From: Candidatus Melainabacteria bacterium
GTDB taxonomy: Bacteria; Cyanobacteriota; Vampirovibrionia; 2-02-FULL-35-15
DNA length: 64,000 bases
Direction of reading: 5' to 3'
Assembly (NCBI GenBank): GCA_023250195.1
Contig: JAHFBF010000001.1
Span: 273,907-337,906, forward strand
Shown here in pieces: positions 32,851 to 44,183 of this stretch. The notes below the pieces were generated by a model. It made no database searches. It saw only the letters and a list, made by a program, of their open reading frames with translations, and was not told where the DNA came from. The translations under genes were made by a program, and so were the position numbers. Each line of letters begins with the position of its first letter. Positions within the stretch are counted from its first letter, which is position 1.

Positions 32851-32915
32851 CAATTCTACTAACAATCGCTAGAATATTATATACCCTACTATAAGATATA
32901 TACTGATTTTTATAA

Positions 32916-35021
<2,106 letters not shown>

Positions 35022-35041
35022 TTGTAATAAATCGGAATTAT

Positions 35042-35134
35042 AATTATAGGATTTATCCCATTTATTGGGCAAATCCGATCCAGCGAAAAGGATCTGCAGA
35101 AGAAAGCTCCAGATAAGCTGGAGCTTTATAAATA
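35042..35134 (-). repeat. Family E element, copy 4
   Basis: Minus strand aaagctccag-cttat-ctggagcttt ... gatc-ggatttg-ccca-ataaa-tggg-a-taaatcc. Confidence 0.8.
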
Positions 35135-35147
35135 ATAAAATAAACAC

Positions 35148-35498
35148 ATGAAAATATATAAATTAAACTCCTTAACTACAATTCTTTTTGGGTTTCTAAT
35201 TATCTGTCTTATTGTTTTTCTACCAATAATTTTTATTGAGGCCTTATGGAACTCTACAGTAGCAAAATCATATAGCAATTTTACTATTGATTTCTGGCAA
35301 GCATTGATTCTCTGGTTAATAGCACTGGTTGCACTAAACATTATAGGAATATTTAAGTTTGAATTTGCAGTAGAAACTACAGATACATTCGATAAAGATA
35401 TACTAACAAAGAAGCTTGAAGGCTTACAAAGCAAGCCTGAAGAGAACCCTGAAATTAAGCAAAATTCGACAAAAAAAGAGCCTTTAGATAAAAATTAA
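35148..35498 (+). CDS. Hypothetical membrane protein
   Basis: Two TM segments; WN....IDFWQAL. Confidence 0.6.
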   Translation: MKIYKLNSLTTILFGFLIICLIVFLPIIFIEALWNSTVAKSYSNFTIDFWQALILWLIALVALNIIGIFKFEFAVETTDTFDKDILTKKLEGLQSKPEENPEIKQNSTKKEPLDKN

Positions 35499-35570
35499 AG
35501 GGAATTTATTAAAATTTAACCTGCTCTTAATAAATTATTTCTGTTTTTTTGCTTTTTACTATATAGAACT

Positions 35571-36629
35571 ATGAAAATAAAACTATATTTTAATATCCTC
35601 TCTCTGCTTCTTTTTTTTATTGCCTGTTCATTACCGGCAAATAGCTCACCAGAAGAAAGATACGACAAAATTCTTGCAAAATTAGAACGCATAAAAGATA
35701 TTCAAAGTGAACAAGAAAAGAAAGAAGCCAAAGAACAAAATATAAAAGAAGACTCAAAAGACGAAAAGACCAAAACCAGAGAAGAAGCTGATATAACACC
35801 TGAAAATTGGGTTCTTACCTTTGATCATGCTCAACTACCAGATTTAAATGGCGTATGGCTGCTTACAAAAAAGACAATTAAAAGAAAAGCAAATCCTGTA
35901 CTCTCAAAGCCAATCACATTTGTACACTGCGCATCAAGGCTTCCATTTGAAAAAAGAGATTTTGAAGAAAAAGAAGTAGTTATTAGTTTAACAAGCCCTG
36001 ATTCGTTTTCAGTAATGGCAATTTATCCTATAACTGATGATATTTACTATGATCCAAATCAGAAAAAAGACATTGTATATCAGAATTTCAGTTTCAAAGG
36101 CATTATAAGACCTGAAAATATTACCTATGCTTATACATTAAAGCTAAAGAACCATATGGAGGAACCTGCACTTGCAAGACAATTATGGCTTAATGGAAAA
36201 CTTAAGTTCGAACACATTTCACAATCTATCATTAAAGCAAAAGGATATGAAGTTGAATATACCCCTGAATGTCGTGGTTTCATAATAGACGAAATCGCAT
36301 TTGAATTCAAAAAACAAACAGATATCTCCGGTGTAGGAGAAGGAACTATTGCAATGTCATTTTTTATAGAACAGGCTGCCAATGCAGCTGAAATAAGGGA
36401 TCCTGACAAAGGCAGCATATTACCTGAGCAAGGTAATATCCCAAATGAAAACAAGTCCTTACCAACACAATTCAATAGTGCAAAAGATAAATCAGGATTT
36501 GAAGCAAGTAATAATTACAAACCTATTGATATAGTTGAAAATCAAAAAGACAAAGGAATATCTGGATCTAAAAAACCTGGAGAACACCAGCAATACCAAG
36601 ACAGTATAAAGGTTCCTGGAATGTGGTAG
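35571..36629 (+). CDS. Hypothetical exported protein
   Basis: Signal peptide, 352 aa, no recognisable motif. Confidence 0.6.
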   Translation: MKIKLYFNILSLLLFFIACSLPANSSPEERYDKILAKLERIKDIQSEQEKKEAKEQNIKEDSKDEKTKTREEADITPENWVLTFDHAQLPDLNGVWLLTKKTIKRKANPVLSKPITFVHCASRLPFEKRDFEEKEVVISLTSPDSFSVMAIYPITDDIYYDPNQKKDIVYQNFSFKGIIRPENITYAYTLKLKNHMEEPALARQLWLNGKLKFEHISQSIIKAKGYEVEYTPECRGFIIDEIAFEFKKQTDISGVGEGTIAMSFFIEQAANAAEIRDPDKGSILPEQGNIPNENKSLPTQFNSAKDKSGFEASNNYKPIDIVENQKDKGISGSKKPGEHQQYQDSIKVPGMW

Positions 36630-36632
36630 AAA

Positions 36633-36971
36633 TTATTTTTTTGTGGCAATCTTAAGTGCCTCTTCAAGAGTTTTAATTTTCTCTTCAAGCTGACTTATTT
36701 TTGAAGACTCCAGTTCATGATTTAATTTTGAATTTTCAAGTTGTCTTTTAAAATCATTTTTAGATAATTTTAAGGTTGAATTCATTGATATTAAAAATAA
36801 TAGTGTTGCAATACTGGATAAGATGACGCAAAATAAAATAAAAAATCCTACACTTGCTTTCAGGCTTAAAAAGGCAGTTTCAAAGGTTATTGTATTCGAA
36901 ATATTAAGAAAGACAAAAAGTCCTATTATTAAAAATATTACAATTGAAACAAGCTTAAGATTTAATTTCAT
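36633..36971 (-). CDS. LapA-like small membrane protein
   Basis: Two TMs followed by a coiled coil. Confidence 0.5.
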   Translation of the reverse strand: MKLNLKLVSIVIFLIIGLFVFLNISNTITFETAFLSLKASVGFFILFCVILSSIATLLFLISMNSTLKLSKNDFKRQLENSKLNHELESSKISQLEEKIKTLEEALKIATKK

Positions 36972-36987
36972 AAAACCCTTTCTTTAA

Positions 36988-37902
36988 TTATTTTACCTGA
37001 CTCTCCAGAAATTGTGTAATTCTTTCCGGAATATCAAGCTCAAGTTTAATTTCTTTCTTAGTTCTTGGATGGGTAAAAATTAATTTGTAAGCATGCAGCA
37101 TCATTTTATTAACAGGATCATTCTTCTTTCCATATGTAATATCACCAGCGATTGGATGTCCAATACTTTTCATATGAACCCTGATTTGATGCGTACGACC
37201 TGTTTCCAGTGTACATTCTAAGAAAGTAAACTTTTCAAATCTTTTTAGGACTTTCCAGTGAGTAATTGCATTTCTTCCACTGCTTACAACTGTCATTTTA
37301 TGCCTGTGAACCTTATCTCTGCCAATTGGCTTGTTTACAATTCCCTTGTCATGTATGATTTTCCCATAAACAATTGCCAGATAGTGTCTTTTTAACCTTC
37401 TCTCTTCTATTTGCTTTGCAATCTCAACATGAGACTTATCATTTTTACAGGCTATGATTAAGCCGGAAGTTTCCTTATCAAGCCTGTGAACAATTCCTGG
37501 TCTTAAAACACCATTAATCCCTGACAGCGAACTCTTGCAGTGACCTAAAAGGGCATTAACAAGGGTTCCTTTGTATACACCACTTGCCGGGTGGGTTACC
37601 ATTCCCTGCGATTTATTTACTACTATCACATCATTATCTTCAAAAACAACATCAAGTTTAATTTTTTCAGGCTCAATCTTTGTTTCTTCCAAATCAGGCA
37701 TAGAAACAAAGACCAGGTCATCCATCTTTAATCTATAACCTGATTTTGAAGATTTGTTATTTACAAGAATTAGATTTTCATCAATTAATTTTTGAATTAA
37801 TGTTCGACTTAGATCTTTAAGAGAGGCTAAAACAAAGCGATCCAGTCTCTCCCCAGAAGATTCACTTGGAACAGTTAATGTCATTTGATTAGTCATATCC
37901 AC
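36988..37902 (-). CDS. rluD: RluA-family pseudouridine synthase (RluD-like)
   Basis: S4 domain RLDRF, GIVHRLDKETSG, LETGRTHQIRVH, LHAYKL. Confidence 0.9.
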   Translation of the reverse strand: MDMTNQMTLTVPSESSGERLDRFVLASLKDLSRTLIQKLIDENLILVNNKSSKSGYRLKMDDLVFVSMPDLEETKIEPEKIKLDVVFEDNDVIVVNKSQGMVTHPASGVYKGTLVNALLGHCKSSLSGINGVLRPGIVHRLDKETSGLIIACKNDKSHVEIAKQIEERRLKRHYLAIVYGKIIHDKGIVNKPIGRDKVHRHKMTVVSSGRNAITHWKVLKRFEKFTFLECTLETGRTHQIRVHMKSIGHPIAGDITYGKKNDPVNKMMLHAYKLIFTHPRTKKEIKLELDIPERITQFLESQVK

Positions 37903-37909
37903 CTTTAAG

Positions 37910-38004
37910 CGTCATTGCGAGGGCTTTAGCCCGAAGCAATCTCATCAACTTTTTCACATTTATGAGATTGCTTCGTCAGTCCTCCGGACTTCCTCGCAAT
38001 GACG
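37910..38004. repeat. GTCATTGCGAG-type palindrome overlapping the lspA 3' end
   Basis: cgtcattgcgagg...gcaatctcat..atgagattgc...cctcgcaatgacg. Confidence 0.9.
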
Positions 38005-38485
38005 TGTCACGTTTTCTAGAAACAAACCACCCAATTAAAATCAATACTACTCCAATATCAATAGATACATCAGCCAGATTAAAAACAGCAAAATTAAAAA
38101 ACTGCAGATCAAAGAAATCTATAACACCACTATGAACAAATCGATCTATTAAATTCCCCATAGTGCCGCCTAAAATACATGCACAGCCTGTTTTAATCAT
38201 GCCGTTTAAGGTTACGACAGGACAAAATGTCAAATAAGAAAAAATCAAAACATTTACAACTCCAAGAAGTTGAAAAAAAACAGGATACTGTCTGAGAATA
38301 CTAAACGCACCACCTGTATTCTGCACTATTGTAAATTGCATAAATCCCGGAATAAAAGGTTTACTGTTATTTAAACCAATATCAAAAAGTAAGTATTTTT
38401 TTGATAATTGATCAAAAATAACAATTGAAAAAAAAAGAAAGAAGTTTAATATTAACCTCTTTTTATAGCCTTCAGAAAATTCCAT
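37976..38485 (-). CDS. lspA: Lipoprotein signal peptidase
   Basis: DQLSK, NTGGAFS, GNLIDR, VIDF, VFNLAD. Confidence 0.95.
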   Translation of the reverse strand: MEFSEGYKKRLILNFFLFFSIVIFDQLSKKYLLFDIGLNNSKPFIPGFMQFTIVQNTGGAFSILRQYPVFFQLLGVVNVLIFSYLTFCPVVTLNGMIKTGCACILGGTMGNLIDRFVHSGVIDFFDLQFFNFAVFNLADVSIDIGVVLILIGWFVSRKRDTSLRGSPED

Positions 38486-38611
38486 AGTTTTTATTCACCG
38501 CCCTCCTCACTCATTCTTCGCTTACTCACCTCGCTTCGTGGGCGAAGCGGGTCGGGCTTTGCCAAGTTCATTATTCTAGTCAAGTTACACATGCTGAATA
38601 GTTACTCATAA

Positions 38612-39460
38612 TTATATTTCAGTTTCATCATTTGAATCGTTGTCTTCAATGGATCTCCCAACAACCCCTCTTTTACTTGTTCTAAAAAAGTTTACCAGTT
38701 TTTTTATTTCATCAAACTGCACAAGTTCGCTTTCTACCTTCTCAAGTGCATTTGCAGCATTGAAACCGGACAGATAAATTAACTTATATGCTTTTACCAG
38801 TTCAGTTCTTACTTCAGCTTTAATTCCACGTCTTCGAAGCCCAACTTTATTTACCCCTTTAATTTTTGCCGGTCTACCATCAGCCATAAAATAAGGAGGA
38901 AGATCAAGTCTGGTTCCTGTCATTCCACCAACCATGGCGGATTCTCCTATACGACAATGCTGATGAGCTACACACAGCGCACTAATAAAAACAAAATCTT
39001 CAACAATGGCATAGCCGGCAAGAATTGATGAGTTAGCCATAATTACATTATTTCCAACCTGAGCATTATGAGCGATGTGAGCACAGTTCATTAAAAAACA
39101 ATTTTTCCCTATTACCGTAAATCCTTCTTTTACTGCTCTGTGAATGGTTACATACTCTCTTATAACTGTATTCTCACCAATTTTTACTCCCGTAGGTTCA
39201 TCTTTATAGCTTATGTCCTGAGGCGGTAGACCAATACTGCAGGCAGCAATCAATTTACAATTTGCTCCAATTTCTGTTTTACCTTCAATAATTACATACG
39301 GACCAATAAAAGTATTTTCTTTAATTTCAACATCAGGTCCTATAACACAATAAGGGCCAATACTTACACCAGGAGCAATTTTTGCTTCAGGTGCTATTAT
39401 TGCTGTCGGGTGTATTGTTGTGGGAGACTGGTTTATCAGACCTGTAGCATTTGACATCAT
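38612..39460 (-). CDS. lpxA: Acyl-ACP--UDP-N-acetylglucosamine O-acyltransferase
   Basis: IHPTAII hexapeptide repeats, PQDISY, IREYVTIHR, NKVGLRRRG, SKRG. Confidence 0.93.
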   Translation of the reverse strand: MMSNATGLINQSPTTIHPTAIIAPEAKIAPGVSIGPYCVIGPDVEIKENTFIGPYVIIEGKTEIGANCKLIAACSIGLPPQDISYKDEPTGVKIGENTVIREYVTIHRAVKEGFTVIGKNCFLMNCAHIAHNAQVGNNVIMANSSILAGYAIVEDFVFISALCVAHQHCRIGESAMVGGMTGTRLDLPPYFMADGRPAKIKGVNKVGLRRRGIKAEVRTELVKAYKLIYLSGFNAANALEKVESELVQFDEIKKLVNFFRTSKRGVVGRSIEDNDSNDETEI

Positions 39461-39476
39461 AAAAATAGTTTAACAT

Positions 39477-39518
39477 ATGAGATTGCCACGTCGGCACTTT
39501 GCGCCTCCTCGCAATGAC
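39477..39518. repeat. Right half of GTCATTGCGAG-type element
   Basis: atgagattgccacgtcggc...cctcctcgcaatgac. Confidence 0.8.
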
Positions 39519-39523
39519 AAAGT

Positions 39524-39982
39524 ATGACAGACATCCCAACCCAAATACAATTTGAATCTTTGGACAAAGTATTGTCAGAATCAATAGACAAAGAAATTCT
39601 TTTAAATCTTGATCATTATTTAAATCTTGTAAGAGAAAGAAGTCGTGCTCTGGCATCAAGTCTAAAAAGATGTTTTGACAATGCAAGAAACAGCATGAGA
39701 TATGTACTTGTTTATAATCTCGGGAAAGAAGATTTTAAAAATAAAATTTGCATCAAAGAAAAAGAGCTGCAAAAATATCTGGAGAACTATTTAAAAGACT
39801 ATTTTGAAAAGAACGATTTTATGCATTACAGAGAATTTGTAAGACTGCTGCGTGCATGCACTATAGATACAGGTGGAAAAGTAAGCTCACCAATTAAAGA
39901 AATTTATAATAGTTTTTTCTTAGGTAAGAGACTAACTGCTGCTTATAAACTTGGCTTAGCAGATAAAGTAAGAATAGAATAA
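39524..39982 (+). CDS. Hypothetical protein
   Basis: 152-aa ORF. Confidence 0.55.
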   Translation: MTDIPTQIQFESLDKVLSESIDKEILLNLDHYLNLVRERSRALASSLKRCFDNARNSMRYVLVYNLGKEDFKNKICIKEKELQKYLENYLKDYFEKNDFMHYREFVRLLRACTIDTGGKVSSPIKEIYNSFFLGKRLTAAYKLGLADKVRIE

Positions 39983-39997
39983 AACAATTTCTATAAA

Positions 39998-40285
39998 CTA
40001 TGCACTTGCTACTTCAGATGCTTCTTCATATGTTGAATTAGCTTGTACTGCTGGACGAACCGCCTGTGCTTGTGCCTGTACTTCTGCTTTTCCTTGAGCT
40101 TTTTGATCCGGTGGATGTCCATTAGGGTTATTATGCACAGCTGCCACATTTCTTGAAGCCTCTATTGCCCCTCTTAAAAACATATACGGAAGTAGTGGCA
40201 TTGCTGGTACAAAAAAACAACATGCTCCAGCGGCAAGAATACCTTTCAGTCCACCTCTAATACCTGCAGTAACTGCATCTACCAT
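39998..40285 (-). CDS. Hypothetical small hydrophobic protein
   Basis: GAGG SD; hydrophobic N-terminus, Ala/Gln-rich tail. Confidence 0.55.
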   Translation of the reverse strand: MVDAVTAGIRGGLKGILAAGACCFFVPAMPLLPYMFLRGAIEASRNVAAVHNNPNGHPPDQKAQGKAEVQAQAQAVRPAVQANSTYEEASEVASA

Positions 40286-40517
40286 GTTGCTATCCTCAAA
40301 AACCTTTTAGTTTACAGATATATAAAGTATGCTATTCCAAAAACTTGATACTTTTAACCTTCTATTAACTAATCTCATGTTGAAATAGGCTCATTTATAA
40401 AATTTCAATAGTTACTATCAACTTTTTCTTAGTGTCTGCCTTTTACTATCAGAGCCAACCTCTGGATTGGCTATATTTAAGAACTATTTAAGAAAAAATA
40501 TTTAAGGAATTATATAA

Positions 40518-41156
40518 ATGGGATTTGATCCAATAGCACTTATTAAAGCACCATTTCTGACTAATTTTAGTATGCAGGGAAGATGCGGCCTTATAGCTAT
40601 TAACTCTGGTGCCAATTTACTTATACCTGGCGAAGCTGACCATGAAATTATACCTATGAGCAGTGGTCCCCTGGGCTTTCTAGATAAAACAGTAGGATTC
40701 CTCGGCTTTGCTCTCCTTTGGCCTGGACTTATATTCACCCCAATAGGTGCTGCACTATTCGGTGCAGTTCTCTTATTCTCTGCATTGAGAAGTGTAAATT
40801 CTCTTGGAAATTTAATTGGATCTATATGCTCTATGGATCTTGGTGGAATACTAAAGAACGGACTTTGTCTATTAGGAAACCTTATTACTTTCTTACCTTT
40901 TGGGAAATTATTTAGTGTGGGGCCTCTTAAGATGTTGACTAAGATAAAAGCTGATGCTGTTATTGCTGGTGGAGGTTTTCAAGGTCACATGCTTGCAGGT
41001 GCTGAAAACATATATGGTACCGAACTTGCATATGGAGTTACCAGGACAATGACATATAACGGCGCTACTCGTACTGTACAAACAGGTGGATTACACGGTT
41101 TACTTAATCCTACAAGCTGGTTTAACGGCTTAAAAGTCTCATTAGGAATCCCGTAA
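40518..41156 (+). CDS. Hypothetical Gly-rich membrane protein
   Basis: AAGGA SD; long hydrophobic hairpin. Confidence 0.6.
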   Translation: MGFDPIALIKAPFLTNFSMQGRCGLIAINSGANLLIPGEADHEIIPMSSGPLGFLDKTVGFLGFALLWPGLIFTPIGAALFGAVLLFSALRSVNSLGNLIGSICSMDLGGILKNGLCLLGNLITFLPFGKLFSVGPLKMLTKIKADAVIAGGGFQGHMLAGAENIYGTELAYGVTRTMTYNGATRTVQTGGLHGLLNPTSWFNGLKVSLGIP

Positions 41157-41227
41157 TTTATATTTTAATTTCTTAGAATAACAGCTTTAATTTCACTATA
41201 TTCAAATCTGAGACAATATAAGAAGGT

Positions 41228-41572
41228 ATGAGACTTTTCTATATTTTTTTAATCTTATTTATTCTTTCTTACTCTAATCCCATATCAGCAAAATCTGACT
41301 TTCCAGGCAAAGCTCTTTTCTACAATTCAAAAGGAAAATTCGGATCGTGCAATCACTGTCATAGTCTTGATGGTTCAAGTCGCAGATGGAATTTTGAAAC
41401 TCAGTCTATAGATACCGAAGAAGGCAGAAAAATCCCCTCGCTTAAAGGGGTTGGAAAAAGAAAAGACCAGGATCAAATTCAAAGGTCAATTCAAATGATG
41501 AGAAAAATGTTTGGTTTTAAATTAACAGATGAACAAATATCACAACTAGCAGAATATCTGGGAACCCTGTAA
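41228..41572 (+). CDS. Exported monoheme c-type cytochrome
   Basis: Signal peptide, GKALF...CNHCH, PSLKG, LTDEQISQLAEYL. Confidence 0.85.
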   Translation: MRLFYIFLILFILSYSNPISAKSDFPGKALFYNSKGKFGSCNHCHSLDGSSRRWNFETQSIDTEEGRKIPSLKGVGKRKDQDQIQRSIQMMRKMFGFKLTDEQISQLAEYLGTL

Positions 41573-41578
41573 TTTGAT

Positions 41579-42697
41579 TTGTTTTCATTAATTATTGTGA
41601 TTAATATTTTTTTACGTCATTGCGAGGGCTTTAGCCCGAAGCAATCCCGAACTGTTTACGTAAAAGCAAGCGAGATTGCCACGCCTCACTTTGTTCGGCT
41701 CGCAATGACATGTTTAGTAATCTTTTTTCTCCTCACAATCAATATCTCTTTTGCCAAAGAACCAAAAATTGTAGACTACAACAAAGAAAATAAAACAATA
41801 AAAGTAGAAATTGAAGGAAAAGAGTATACCTTAGATGTCCCTGTTGAAGAGCCAGAACCATTACACCCAACGCTTCTACAGGGCAAAGTAAAGAAAGAGT
41901 ATGCTAAAGGCCCTGCCACTAGCACAGTAGGAGCAAGACTATTTAATATCCCTACAGATACTCTCCTGCCTAAAAAAGGATTTGGATATGATTTTACTCA
42001 CCGATTCGCTCAAGCCATTGACAACAGCACAAATCATGATGTTTATGGTTTAGACGGTTTTGCTTACACAGGCATTGGGTTATATTACGGAATTACAAAT
42101 AATCTTGAAGCACATATATTCAGATCAAGTCTTACTGATGCTTCTGAATTTGGAATAAAATTCAGGATGTTTAAGGAAGCAAAAAAATGGGGAGAAGGCG
42201 CACCATTTGGATTAACCTTGTCAAGCGGATTTCAAACCGATAATATTCAAAACTCTATAGATCCCTATGTTCAGGCAATTTTTTCAAAAGTGATTATTCC
42301 AGGCTGGATGAAAGTATATATTGTGCCCTCGTGGGCATTTAGAACACCAACCATTGGAAGCCCCGGTTCAAAGTCAGCAAATTTTTTTACTTTCAGCGAT
42401 CCAAAGCATAGAGAATTCATAAAAGACAGAGGTACATTTGCATTGCCTATTGGCGCTTCACTTCAGATAGTTCCAAACAGGCTTTCTTTATTTGGAGAAT
42501 ATACTCCCGTTCTTGGTGGTTATAAAGAAGTAAATAATGCATGGGCTTTTGGTTTACAAATTTTATCCAGGCTTGAAACACATGTGTGGACACTGGGAGT
42601 ATCCAATGTTCCTTACACAACTTTTGGACAGTTTATAACCGGTGGTCCATCAAATAATTTACACTTTGGGTTTAATTTAACAGCTAGGATAAAGTGA
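41579..42697 (+). CDS. DUF5777-like outer-membrane beta-barrel (start uncertain: 41579/41597/41705)
   Basis: FTHRF, YGITNNL, ETHVWTLGVSN, HFGFNLTAR; signal peptide split by a repeat. Confidence 0.65.
   Translation: MFSLIIVINIFLRHCEGFSPKQSRTVYVKASEIATPHFVRLAMTCLVIFFLLTINISFAKEPKIVDYNKENKTIKVEIEGKEYTLDVPVEEPEPLHPTLLQGKVKKEYAKGPATSTVGARLFNIPTDTLLPKKGFGYDFTHRFAQAIDNSTNHDVYGLDGFAYTGIGLYYGITNNLEAHIFRSSLTDASEFGIKFRMFKEAKKWGEGAPFGLTLSSGFQTDNIQNSIDPYVQAIFSKVIIPGWMKVYIVPSWAFRTPTIGSPGSKSANFFTFSDPKHREFIKDRGTFALPIGASLQIVPNRLSLFGEYTPVLGGYKEVNNAWAFGLQILSRLETHVWTLGVSNVPYTTFGQFITGGPSNNLHFGFNLTARIK
41616..41709. repeat. GTCATTGCGAG-type palindrome at the beta-barrel gene 5' end
   Basis: gtcattgcgag...gcaatc..gattgc...ctcgcaatgac. 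Confidence 0.9.
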
Positions 42698-42705
42698 CAC
42701 GAAGT

Positions 42706-42800
42706 GTCATTGCGAGCCGAATGAAATGAAGCGTGGCAATCCCAAACTATTTACATAAAAACGATCGGGGTTGCTTTGCCTGAGACAGGCTCGCAATGAC
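42706..42800. repeat. GTCATTGCGAG-type palindrome between convergent genes
   Basis: gtcattgcgagcc...ggctcgcaatgac. Confidence 0.88.
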
Positions 42801-44029
42801 TAAATATTTCCTACAATCCTATCAATCAATTTGATGTTCCTTTTCTGCTGCGGGTCCCAGATAGTTGAATTCATTTTTTCCAGTCCATCCTTATAACCCA
42901 AATCTATAAGTGCCTTACTGTAATAAGGATTAAAAAAGAAGTAACTTAAAAGATCTCCGCGTAAATGTCCTTTTAAGTTTCCTAATTTAAAAAGCCAATC
43001 CAGCGTACGAAAATTTTTTCTTGTATCAGGAAACCTGTCCCATATATCTTCTGCAATCTCACTTATAGGTACACTTGGAGAAACAAGGAGATCGGGGATT
43101 ATCCTCCATGGCTTGGAGCCTTTTTTTATTCTTTGTTCATTTATTTTCTCTAACAGAGCAGGATCATCAATGGATTCTAAAATCTCATTTACCATGTTCA
43201 ATCTCTGAGTATCAAATCTTATATGATCCAAAAAAAGTGCATTTAAAAGTTTTCCGACATTTTGCAAAAGCCCGGGCTTTTCAATATCTGCACTAAATCT
43301 TTCCTCAGTAAAGTGAAGCCCCACAATAACAAGCGCATCTGCCCCTAAAGTTAATGCAGGCGATAAAGGAGTATTCTGCCTTAAACCTCCATCGCAAAAC
43401 CAGTCTTCATGATCTTCATTGTGATCTTTAAATTTTATATACTCCGGCTTGAAGAATATTGGAATTGCTGTAGAAGCAAGCGCATGTGTAGCAGTAATTG
43501 TATCTGGAACAAATCTTGCATGAGAATCTCTAGGTATAACACTTATACAGCTTGGATCATAAGATTCATAAAATATGATTGATTTTCCACTTGTAACAGA
43601 AGTTCCAGTAACAGTTAAAGCATAGATTAATTCATTGTCAATATTTTTTCTTATCTGCTCCCAGCTGATTTCATTTTCCAAGATTCGCTTTAATGGCGTG
43701 TTATCAAGCAGCCCCTGAAAATCCGGCTGCCCCAATCTAAGAGAACCAAGAAAAGATCTAAGTCCTGCATGTGCCCAGTTTTCTATAAAAACCTGTTCTC
43801 TTTTTAGGGTAAGCCAGTAGCGTTCAAGCCCCTCAATAATTTTTTCAGCCGGTAAATGTACAAGTGAACTTAAAAAACAGGCATTAACTGATCCAACACT
43901 TGTACCGCAAATAATTTTGAAACCACCGTATTTCTGGAACTCTGGAATTAGTGCTTTCAACACACCAACTTCATATGCTCCTCTTGCCGCTCCACCTGAT
44001 AAAACCAGCGCTATTTTTCTGTCAGCCAT
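42800..44029 (-). CDS. Patatin-like phospholipase
   Basis: LSGGAARGAYEVG, GTSVG, DGGLR. Confidence 0.92.
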   Translation of the reverse strand: MADRKIALVLSGGAARGAYEVGVLKALIPEFQKYGGFKIICGTSVGSVNACFLSSLVHLPAEKIIEGLERYWLTLKREQVFIENWAHAGLRSFLGSLRLGQPDFQGLLDNTPLKRILENEISWEQIRKNIDNELIYALTVTGTSVTSGKSIIFYESYDPSCISVIPRDSHARFVPDTITATHALASTAIPIFFKPEYIKFKDHNEDHEDWFCDGGLRQNTPLSPALTLGADALVIVGLHFTEERFSADIEKPGLLQNVGKLLNALFLDHIRFDTQRLNMVNEILESIDDPALLEKINEQRIKKGSKPWRIIPDLLVSPSVPISEIAEDIWDRFPDTRKNFRTLDWLFKLGNLKGHLRGDLLSYFFFNPYYSKALIDLGYKDGLEKMNSTIWDPQQKRNIKLIDRIVGNI

Positions 44030-44183
44030 ATTAGTAAATTTCTACCCAAAAACAATTCATCTAGCACATCATATTAATGATATAACTTTTGAAAGATGAT
44101 ATTGATGATGTTAAACAAGTAATAATCATATATTTAGGTATAATTATTACTGTAGATAATAGAGCAGGAAAAAAGGGGAATAA

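Noticed and set aside
32611..32862. 83-aa ORF
   Set aside because: Reads through a repeat and the antisense strand of tRNA-Pro
39387..39686. 99-aa minus-strand ORF
   Set aside because: Overlaps two better ORFs and derives partly from a half repeat
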